Shown piece after piece: positions 27,331 through 38,042 of a stretch of DNA of 64,000 nucleotides; position 1 is the first letter of the stretch; every line of letters starts with the position of its first letter. The stretch covers positions 2,108,001 to 2,172,000 of the forward strand of contig CM119371.1 in the NCBI GenBank assembly GCA_051294905.1, read 5' to 3'. Source of the stretch: Botryllus schlosseri. Lineage: Eukaryota. A model generated the notes under the pieces. It saw nothing but the letters and a program-made list of their open reading frames with translations, was not told the DNA's origin and ran no database searches. The translations under genes were made by a program, and so were the position numbers.

Positions 27331-30047
27331 ACTAAGTCTCATAATTATTTAGGACTGAAATCACAAGTTACAATTAGATATCAGAAGAGTTCCTTTCATT
27401 CAAACAAGATCTATCCTTGCAACAGTTATAATGAAAATCCAAATTCAAAATATGCAGCTACTGATGGTAAAACTAGAGCCAGTTTGAATACCGTACCCAA
27501 TAGCTCTATCTATGGTATGCATGAATATGAGAATGTAATCATCCTAGCTAATTTCTTGCATTATAATCACCCGTTGGCTTACTTGAATTACCTTCCCACC
27601 AAACAAGATATCATCTCGTCTCTCAGGTACTGCTAACTGCTTATGGCAATGGCAAGTTCATTGAATTTTCAGTCACGAGCGATACCGGTACTTCATACGA
27701 AATCGATTAAGCAGATGACATCACTTATGAACTAAAATCAACGATAATCATAATTGTGATTAACTCAAAATCAATGAATATAGATATATTTTTCTGTCGA
27801 CTCACTGAGTGACTGACTGACGACGCAGAGCGCGCATCCCCGTATATTCGAAATAGCAAATCGCCAGAGTCCCGGATGCTGCCGGTCACGGTTCATTGGT
27901 GAGAATATTGGCGATAATAATAAATACCTTAAAGGTTTTGGATATGCTACGGTCGTGCAGGATCTTGAAGTAATTATCACAATCCATTAATGGTATTCAG
28001 ACATTTTCAAATTTAATAATCCCTCTACTGGCTTAACCACTTGGAAAAAAACTGTTCAATATTTTATCAATATTCCAAAATGCATTCATTCATGTCTGAT
28101 GACGTTATTAACTATAAGCCAGTATCAACTGTTATGTTTTAATTGGGCAATACGACAGTTTGCAAACAGTCATTTCTGATTTCCACCATGTCAATAATTG
28201 TTTTCCACCAAATATGGTAGACTATTCATTCCCCCCTCTTTCCACCCTCTAAATTCCTCCATATGTGGTGGAGTTACGGTGGATAAAGGGAAGGAATGTA
28301 CCTTCATCCATTTTTCTACCATTTTTTCCACCTTTTAGATTTACAGTGTTCCATGCCATCAAACTACCCGTTCAAAACGCTAGCATTGTGGATGCATTTT
28401 GTGATATGACGATAAGGGGGCGCGAAATTTTTCAGTATCATAAAGGCGGGGTGTCTAAAAAGGTTTGAGAACCACTGGCTTAGGGCTTATACCTACAAGA
28501 TTAAGCATTAAGTGGGGATGGTCTTTCAACTAGTTAGGTATATCGCTAGCCCCAAAAAGCGTTTCCAGGTATCGTACACAGCTCGGAGTTCAAAATAAAA
28601 TCAAACTGATGACAGTGATCCTTTGTTGTATTTTTATTCATGTAATAAAATATTACTTTTTTGTGGTCACTATACCCATCGCCTATGTTAGGTAGCACAG
28701 CGTTGTACTGACGTAGAGTTTTGAAACGTGGTTGCCCACTTTATATCGATATTGAATTAATGTGCCGCTACGAAATTCGAAAAGTGGCCCGCGACCCGTA
28801 TTGAGTTGGCCACCCCTGGCTTAGGCCTACTAATTTTCCTCACTTTTAGCGGTTTGGGGCAGACATGCACAACTGAATATTTAGTTAGTTGATGGTAATC
28901 TAACTAACTGTTTTTGGGTAGTTTTAGTTCTGGTTCTAATAGCTGAATCCGAAAATTGAATAGTAGTAGTTCTAGTTTCGGATTTTGAAAATTGAGTAAC
29001 TCTAGCTTTAGTTCTAGTTGCAGATTTTGAGTTTTAATTCTAGTTATAAAAAAAAAACACGTGTGGTCGTTTTGGGTGAATTTCGATGTCGGGGTTATGT
29101 TGGATGATGTTTGTGCATGTGCACTGTGCAGCCATTGCTTTTTCAGGGCCATCACTGCCAACAGTGGCTTAGCCAGCGAGTGGCTTTTTTGCGTCGGAAT
29201 CGCTCACATTTCAAACTCGAAACACCGTTATTTTGAAATGTCGATAAAATGTCCGATATTTCCGATGAAATAAAAATCTATTTGATTACAAGGAGAATGA
29301 AATCAAGATCTGTACAGTTCTTAAGTTGACTTGGGAGCCCGTCTTCACAGATAGGCAACTATTATTTTTAGTATGATACGCAGAAAATACTTTGACGAGC
29401 TGAATCAAAAGATTGCACTACAATCTGCGTGCGATAATTTTTAATAACTAACTGGTAAGAGCTAGAAGCTGAATCCAGATTATTCGTAAATCAGTATGAA
29501 GTAGGGTCTTTGGGACGGATTTTATTTTTCTGCGAGGTATTCTCCGCAATTCCCGCGTATAGTTCATATTTGGCCTGTGGGCCATAAAACGCCCAGGTCC
29601 GCCCTACGCTAATATACAAGCGTTCAGCGAGCCCTTAATTTCAGTGAGTCACAAAACGAAAATACCATATGCGCGGTAATCTGTAGGACTACCAGTAAAG
29701 TTAGTCAGGCAGACTTGTACAACTTACCCATTTATTTAGTTGTTGGTTGGTCAACTAACTAACAGTTTTCAGTAGTTTTAGTTCTAGTTCTAGTTGCTGC
29801 TTTTGAAAATTGAGTAGTTTTGGTTCTCGTTCTAGCTGCGGATTGTAAAACTTGACTAGTTATAGATGTAGTGCCAGTTGCGCTGTTTCGAAACCAGGCA
29901 GTGTGCACAAGTTTGGTTTCTATAGTTGCATTTTCGAGTAACACTATACCAATAGACGAAATTCCATCAGTGCGGGTATACTTTACTAATCTTCGAAATT
30001 ACAATGCCATGTCGGTCTTGGCCGTCTGAGTCTCGAATCATATGACT

Positions 30048-31291
30048 CAGATTTGTACAAACTACTGGATTTTCAAAAAGTGCAACTATAACTAGAACTG
30101 GAACTACAACTAATCAATTTTTAAAACGCGCAACTACAACTATAACTAGAACGTACCGATATTCAAAATCCGCAATACAACTAGAACTAGAACTACAGTC
30201 AATTTTCCAAATCCGCAACTACAACTAGAACTACAACGACTGAATTTTCAAAATCTACAACCAAAACTAGAACCAGAACTAGAACTTTTGGCACGCAGGC
30301 CAGGGGTAGCCGATCCCGGGCGTATTCGATACTCCCAATAAAGTCGATATAACATGGGTTAATTTATGTCGGGATTATGACATAAGCATGCATTCAATCG
30401 GCTGAAGCTCAGAGAAGACGAATTCGGAAAACCTGTCAGCGAAGTTATCGAAACAACAGGACGATTTTATCAATAAGTTACACACCGCTCTGGATATAGA
30501 CCAAGCAGTAACATCCAATACATTTCGGTGTCTTTTAGAAAGATGTGTCTATCGATTGGTGTGATTAGAAGGAGTTAACTATGTTTCTTGTCTACCATTG
30601 TTTCGAATATTTACGTGGAATAAATATTATATTTGTACTTTGACTGTAAAATCTCAATTGACTAACATATAGTGATAAATCCTATCAGAAGCCTATGTTA
30701 ACCAAGTAATTCATTGCTTTCAATTTATAAATTATTAGAAATACAATCACTGCCGAATACTATGTATACTATAGTGCAAACTTTTGACTTAGCTAGCCGA
30801 TGTATTTCATGTCTGTCATTATCAGAAAATAGTTAGTTGCCTATCTGTGACGTAGGGGTTACTAAGTCATCAAAGGTTTGGAACCTTATAGAACTGGATT
30901 TCATTCTCCTAGTCAACACATTATTATACTTTATCGGAAATATAGGACATTGAATCGACATGTCAAAATAAACGGGGTTTCGAGTTTGAAATGGGAGAGA
31001 TTCCTGCCTCGAAAAGTCACCCGCTGTTCGCAGTGATGGCTCTGAGCGAGCAATGGCTGCACAAACATCATTCAAAAGAACACCGGCATGTCAATTCGCC
31101 TAAAACAACGACACGTTTTTTCTAGTTGTTCGGTAACTAGTCAATTCGCCTAAAACAACGACACGTGTTTTGTAGTTGTTCGGCAACTAGTCAATTTTCA
31201 AAATCCGCAACTAGAACTAGACTACAACTACCCAAAAAATCGTTAGTTAGTTGACCATCAACTAACCAAATGTTTAGTTTGTACAAGTCTG
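30048..31291. mobile_element. hAT-type element (CAGA(C/T)TTGTACAAAC ends, AACTAG/AACTAC repeats) nested in a GACTCGAGTC MITE
   Basis: Perfect TSD ATATGACT at 30040-30047 and 31292-31299, and the flanks rejoin into MITE sequence. Family fragments also at about 24215, 28905, 29710, 46380, 60850 and 62030. Confidence 0.85.
31090..31189. repeat. 50-bp tandem duplication
   Basis: GTCAATTCGCCTAAAACAACGACACG... x2. Confidence 0.9.
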
Positions 31292-31587
31292 ATATGACTT
31301 GGTTCGAGTCATGCGTAATGACTCGAGTCTAAGTCGAGTCAATACACAGCTTGGCTCGAGCATAGTCGAGTAATTTCCGTATTTCAAGAAAATGAATCAG
31401 GTCAAGTCTACTATTCAGAAAATCGCGAATCGAGTAGATACAGCGACTCGAGTCATTACAGCTTTGCCCCAGATATACACGACCTATGTTGACCATGTGG
31501 GGGAGCTGAATTACGGGAAATTTGACGATAATGACCATTGATTTAATAAAACAGGATGCACTACATAGCACCAGATAAAACACCCAC

Positions 31588-31737
31588 GTTGGTCAGGTGA
31601 AATTGCTTGAATTCGATAATCCATATTGTAATTGATGGTGGTCTTGCTCCCGTGAATTTGATCTCCTGCCACAACGTTGACCGAGCTGTTTATGATCCGT
31701 TGATTGATGTTTTCTCCTTCCGCCAAACTTGCAGATC
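31588..31737 (-). CDS. Symmetric phase-1 exon (150 nt) with RHIM-like motif, candidate N-terminal exon of the NLR
   Basis: gtgtctcag|GA ... C|gtgggt, open frame SASLAEGENINQRIINSSVNVVAGDQIHGSKTTINYNMDYRIQAISPDQ. Splices in frame to the NACHT exon. Confidence 0.55.
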
Positions 31738-33471
31738 CTGAGACACGCGAGAATATTACGTCCGATATTCCGATGCATACTCATTAGTAACCATCAAGTT
31801 ACGATCATGGAAACTTAACAGAGTTTTATACTAATATCAGATTATGCAGCACCCGAATGTTATTATATATTTGAATAATTTAAATATATGGTTCTTGGTA
31901 CAGAACTTGAATAGCTTTCAATTCATCCATTGTAGTATAATATTTATTGAACTCAAAGACTTTTATGGTGCCTCTTTTCAAAAGTTAACGGCACATCAAA
32001 AAGATTCAAACAGATTTAAAAGTAAAACCAAAAAGGCTAGGTATGACGCAGCAATCAAAATCACAGACCATGAGATTCTCAAACACAATATCGGTAGTTG
32101 ATTAAATAGTGAGGACATGGAGATAATCCAAACATTGCTCTGATGATATCGTACACGCGTCAGAACAGTAGCGAGATTTCATAGGCTGGTAGACCTCAAT
32201 AACAAATTTGTCAAAACTATAGAGATGAAAGTCGGTTATCCTGCTTCTTAGAACATGATTGAAATTTAAATCTGTGAGCAGCAATCTGTTCATATATTTA
32301 GTAATATCAATTTTGGTTCAGTTCCAGGACATAAAATGCTATCATAACCAGATTAGCTTCAAACACGCTTCTACTATGTGTAGATAAATAATAAATGTCC
32401 TAATAATACGCATACAGAGAACGAATCTACGTAGGACACGCACTGAAATAATTAAAACTGGAGTGACCAATCTGAAATCACACCCATGATCCGAATTATG
32501 TCAATCTCGCCCGCCCCCTTTGATGGTAAAATATTTCGTGCTCCCTTTATCGTCCTATCACAAAGCGCAACCAGGAAGCTAGCAAACCTAACTGATAGTT
32601 TGATGGCATGGAAGGTTATGACTGTGTATGTGAGTTTTTAAATCTGAAATTCAGAGTGAATACAAAGCAATAGTTACGAATGGGTTATAAATCGCGGGTG
32701 GGGGGGGGGGGGGTCGACATTTTTTTTAGTTGAGCTCAGCTTTGCGCTCCGTTTAGATGCTGTCACGCCCCAAGTGGGGTTCGCCCCCCAGTTTGAAAGC
32801 CCCTGCCTGGGAATTATCACGTCGAAATATACCAAGAAAGGGTTTAATCAGTTCCCTGCGTTAGTTCGATTTGAAGTACGCATTTAATCAATACTTTTAA
32901 TAGATTCCTTTAGACTCTCGCGGGCCGCACAGACCGGTGTGGAGGGCCGCATGCGCCCATGGGCCGTAGTTTGCCCACCCCCGGTATAGTCCAACACTTT
33001 TAAATGTAACAAAGATCTGTCTCGCGCAATGATAGTGAACATATTGTCATTAATTATGGTGTTGTGCGCAGGCGAGATTTTCACTGAAATGTTTACCAAT
33101 CGCGAAGCATTTGCTTAGAGCAGGGGTTCTCAACTTCCCTCGTATAACGGGCCGCATTTTCACACTAAAAGACGCTGCGGGCCGCAGAACATTATCACCA
33201 TGTATTTGTAGGCTACTATTAAATTTATGCCTATTTATCAGTCTTATTCGGGCATTTAGTACATTTCTATGTATTCTAAAGCTTTGATGGAGAGCGTTCG
33301 TAAGTTTGCAGTTGCTGTTTTTTGTGAGAATATTGATCATCAAGTGGCGCAAGTAAATCCCTTCATGGAGCGTACATTCCATCCGTTACCATGTCGGTAT
33401 AGTATATGCACCCTTCAAACCCTTCCACCACCAGAAAACCAAACTCTCTGTGTCAATGCGTGAGCGAGCAA

Positions 33472-33728
33472 TTATAAAATTACGGTGACTTTTTCGTTAC
33501 TGAGGTCATTATCACTTTGAGCTCTCAGTGATATGAGAAGAATTGAGACGTTAGGGGTCATTTCTGAGCAAATCAAGCAACTTTTCTCTTTTCCTTCCAT
33601 GGCAGGAGCCCTACACCAAAAGTTACAGAAGTCAGCTTTGTCAAATTGATGTCCTGGTCCCCTTCCCACGTTTGCCCCGTTAGCATTTCCTCTGTAAATA
33701 TGCCCATGCCCACTCTGATAAAAATCAC
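33472..33728 (-). CDS. Candidate exon with G/N/H-rich low-complexity motif
   Basis: attatccag|GT phase-1 acceptor, frame open to TAA at 33472: GDFYQSGHGHIYRGNANGANVGRGPGHQF... Confidence 0.4.
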
Positions 33729-33972
33729 CTGGATAATTAGCTATGCAATGTGTGTGCATTGTGTGCATCGATGGATAGTTCCAATGCTAGGCTAAAGTAG
33801 TCTACGCGGCAACGTGCGATAAAAGATTGACTGAGATCGCTGTTACTCTTCTGGTGAGTGTTGAATCAGACAACTGTAGCTTCGAAATTTGTCAGGTAAT
33901 GTAGGACTTGCTGCTAAGTTCCGGAAACAGCGAATATTCGCACAGTGCGTTAAAGTTTTATTGAAGTCATAC

Positions 33973-34410
33973 CTTCTATAGCAGATTCTTGGGTTTAGCG
34001 ATATTCCAAGCAGTTTTGACCAATGCGTCCGTCACGTCGTCGGCAATTTTTAAAATGATTCGAAATATGGATTGCTGGGCTTGAAACCATGCTAGCAACG
34101 TTTGATATGTATAACTCCAGATGAAACTATCGTGCTATCATTTCAGGGTTCTAGGCTTTCTTACAACAACCGTTCTTCGACAAATGTGACACATCGGTTT
34201 TCCATAACAATACAGGGCCAGTAGTGATTATATCGAAAGAGGCCGCGGGCCGCAAAAGAATCGTCTGCGGGCCGCATGCGGCCCGCGGGCCGCGGGTTGA
34301 GAACCCCTGGCTTAGAGTAATCTTCATAACAATCTATTTTGGCAGCTAATTTGCATTAGCGTGCGAGCTCTATACGTGGTCATTTGCGCAGGATTTTGAG
34401 CGAATCAATT
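33973..34410 (-). pseudogene. Decayed death-domain-like exon interrupted by a small MITE
   Basis: Acceptor ttccag at 34411 (112-nt intron after the MAEGG exon) and donor G|gtatga at 33973. Fragment YTYQTLLAWFQAQQ...DDVTDALVKTAWNIA resembles death-domain helices 5-6. Several stops and frameshifts, with a MITE at about 34213-34310. Confidence 0.35.
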
Positions 34411-34522
34411 CTGGAATATGCTGCTTTACACGGTCAAGCAATGAATGGATAACTTTAATATTATATCATATGTATACTATCGAGGAAATAAATGGATCTC
34501 AAATATTCTAGTAAATACTTAC

Positions 34523-34595
34523 TGCTTCCTTCGGGTAATAATAGTGAAGGCACATCAGCGACACCAGAAATCTTTGCTTCTCCCCCTTCCGCCAT
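34523..34595 (-). CDS. Candidate first coding exon MAEGGEAKISGVADVPSLLLPEGS
   Basis: atcATGG start context, MAEGG N-terminus, perfect phase-1 donor A|gtaagt. Confidence 0.6.
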
Positions 34596-34901
34596 GATAA
34601 CGATCAAGTAATGTTAAATATTCGCTATATCACAAAATACTAAAAATGCAAAAGATGGTAAATAGCCTACACTATTTGAGAAATTTTATTTGAGTACCGC
34701 GGTGAGACTAAAGGATTCGATTCGAGTCCTCGTATTCAGGAGCTGTGAATAACATTCACAACTTTGGAAAATACCATATAACCATATGAGCAAAAGAGAT
34801 TGATGAAATAAAATACACCAATTATCCATGAGGCGAATAGCTTCATATTTGGCAGGTCTATGCGGTATTGTAAGGGGTCGTTCACACTTCCATTTGTGTG
34901 C

Positions 34902-35665
34902 CTTGGAGGGGGGGTTGTATTCATGGTGTTTGTGGACTACTATCGTCATTAGGGCTGTTCAAAAATAACTTTTTTACCGAATCTTGCGGGCTCCGTGATT
35001 AAATCGTTCGGTTGCCTTGAAAAACGACGCACACCAAATTTGGATTCATCCCACTCAATAATCGCTGATTTCGTAGAGTTTGAAAATTTCAAATTTACCC
35101 ATAAATGCAAAAAAAAAATTTCAAATTTTTCGGTCAACCCAATTAAGTTGTTGCGCTGTCTTCAAAGACGATGCAAACAAATCTGATTCAATTCCAACCA
35201 GTAGAAACTGAGTTATTTGAGTTTTTCATGATATTTCTTGAATTATCCTTGATCGGTGGATTTGAATTTTTTTTAGAATTTATGGGTAAACTCAAAATTT
35301 TCAAACCTTACGAAATCAGCGATTATTGAGTGGAATGATTCCGAATATGGTGTGCGTCGTTTTTCAAGGCAACCTAACGATTTAAACACGGAGCCTGCAA
35401 GATTCGGGAAAAAAGTTATTATTGAACAGCCCGATGGTCATTTAAACCAGGCCGATATTCTTCTTATTTTCCGTAACTGCCGACTTATAGCATGGCTTTT
35501 GTAAGACGCCGCTGACGCGGATGATGTGGCGAGGAGGAGCCTAGGTAAACCTCCAACACTTAGGTATCGGAATTTGGAAGTCGACCTCGGTCGGACTCAA
35601 ACCCGCACCCATTGGTGTTGCAGCCACGGATTATACCACTGTGCTATCTCGCCACCTAGCTCCAG
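34902..35665 (-). mobile_element. Full-length tRNA-derived SINE (tRNA-Cys-like head), split by a MITE
   Basis: Head about 35582-35656 with A box TAGCACAGTGG, CT-GCA-A anticodon-like loop and B box GGTTTGAGTCC. Body matches copies at 11215-11421, 19860-19965, 20732-20933 and 24115-24205. Confidence 0.85.
34950..35433. mobile_element. Long-TIR MITE inserted into a SINE
   Basis: About 160-bp inverted arms starting TAGGGCTGTTCAA, TSD ATCGTCAT/ATGGTCAT. Same terminus at about 15815. Confidence 0.85.
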
Positions 35666-37051
35666 GCGGTATTGAAAGGGCCCGTTCACACTTCCATTTG
35701 TGTGCTTTAGAGTCGACTTTGAAAAAAAAAACACACCAGCCGAAACTCGGTCAAAAGAAGGAGTTCGTGTACCTCCTGGGAATAGTCCATTGAATGATCT
35801 CTCATTTGAAATTTTGTGCTAGCGACGTCGTGTTTTGTGATACGATTTTTGATATACAATGTTCTTTTCAGTTATCAACCAGTTCCTGACGATTACCAAT
35901 GACGAGTGTCAGCCGAAAATATTCGGGTCCGTTTCAATATGAATTTGAATATACTATTCAATTGTATACTGAAGTTCTGTAGCCTACCTCCAGGAGGCTC
36001 TTCAACAAATACTGGAAAGTAATATCAAGCCATGCGATGTTTTTCACTACCGCATATAACTGCTCATCCAGTCATTAAATATATAATGTGAACGGAATTT
36101 ACTGCTATCACCGATCGTTGTGCAAATGTACACACATAATGAGCAAGGCAGTGCTCAGCAGAATGAAATATAAACATGGTCGACTGAATCAAGAATTAAA
36201 TACCAAGCTCTGTATCATTGAATTCGTTTGATAAACTGCTTTATAGTTATCAGATTTCAACTTCATCGAATTCGATACGACTAGACATCCGCAGCATTAT
36301 CAAATAATCTGGATAACGATGGCCGTTACCATCAGTCACCATCACTTGAGCCTAAGATGCTGATAAAAAGTATCCATGATTACCTACGATGCGACTATTA
36401 CTCAATGAAACCAGCTCACTCAAAATGATTGATTTCGTGTAAGTCGTTGAATGATGCGTATCGCTGGCTTGCTTCGTAAATTTTGCATGGTAAAAGACGA
36501 GCGCAAATACTGAAATTGTTGAACAGCGAAAATTTGGTGACATGTCGAGTGTAATAGCAATAGTGCGGCTGCAATCATAGTCTCTGGAATATGCATGGTA
36601 TTTGTTCAAATTAGCATGCGAGTTTTGGATTCCCCACTAATTATTTTAGAGTGCGCCAAAATCAATCACGCTACATTGAAAATACGCAGTGAATTTTTTG
36701 CAAACGATTCAAGTACCGATATTTCCTAGGAACTGCTTTAGGCGTGACAAGATTTTAGATAGTCACTTTTTTATATATCCATCGCAAATAGATATCTTCA
36801 GTGACTGTATATTAATTTATCTTTACTAACGTCACATGCGATTCAATCTACGTGGCAGCAAATTATGTCTGAATAAACAATGGCGAATACGTAGCTTCCA
36901 ACTTTTGCAACTTTTCTAAATTTTTTCATGCAACATTTTGCAACTTCTTCTAATTTTATATGCGACTAACTATTTACATGAAATATTTTGCACTGTGTGT
37001 AAATAGATGGCTTGATTGTTTCACTGCCGTTTTAATTTGAGGTCCTTTCAG

Positions 37052-38042
37052 TAGGGATGGTGTGAACCTCTGAAAGGTTCAGGTTCGTGTGAACGTGAAC
37101 CTTTTTGAAAGGTTCTGTGTGAACACGAACGTGAACCTAGTGACGTCACGTGACGTCATATTGCTAATTCCGACCCTTTCTTTCAATGAAGTGATAGCCT
37201 AATATGCCCTATATTAATGTACACGATACCTAGCGAAGATTCGGCGCACATAATGCCACAATGCTGAAGTACATATCGGCGTTTCAAACGTCGCTTAATG
37301 TATCAACCACGGTAATCAAAGGATATATTAGTTGCATAAAATCAGTACATTCCGTCGCTTTGCCAACAATTTCGACGAGGACTTACCAAGGAATATAAGC
37401 TTACGCCTTAACGGTCTTAGCCAGACCGGACAATGTGTTCGTAGTCTGGGTATTGCTACATTGATATTGAGCAGAGTGTAAAACGGGTTTCTATACTCGC
37501 TACCGATACCACAAACAACAAGTTATGCAGCAGTATAGCACGCACCTTAATCGCACGGATTTGGTTTTAATGATACAGTAAAGATATGAAGTCAAGATTG
37601 ACCCAATACGACCGTTCGATTTTTTACATCAAAAGACGATATCAATGTCATTGATTGGTTGACTAAGCATCATTCGCTGACTACGTATATCGATTGCGGG
37701 TCAGGCTCACAGCAGAGCGTCACTAAATATTCACAAACGGAAAGCTGGATATTCCGATATAATTTTTGCAACAAAGCAAGTAAAACTTTTAAGGTTGTCG
37801 AGGTGCATGGTGCATGCTCGTTTAGTGTCGATTTTTTATGCTGCCCGCACCATGCATGGAGTGGCCCACAGTTGAAATGCAATAAATTTGAGCCAAAGAT
37901 CTTATAATGGAGTGAAAATTACAATTTACCAAAAGGTTCACAGTGCAGAACCTACCAGGGTTCTGTTGTGAACGCGAACCTCTAAATTTCCGAGGTTCAC
38001 ACACAGAACGCGAACGTGAACCTCACGTTCACACCATCCCTA
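37052..38042. mobile_element. hAT-type element with GTGAAC-repeat ends
   Basis: TIR TAGGGATGGTGTGAAC/GTTCACACCATCCCTA, perfect TSD CCTTTCAG. Confidence 0.9.

Noticed and set aside
32697-32714. Long G run as a regulatory G-quadruplex
   Set aside because: A simple homopolymer inside a MITE-like fragment with no other support.
35582-35656. tRNA-Cys gene
   Set aside because: Imperfect acceptor and D stems and directly fused to the SINE body, so it is a SINE head and not a functional tRNA.
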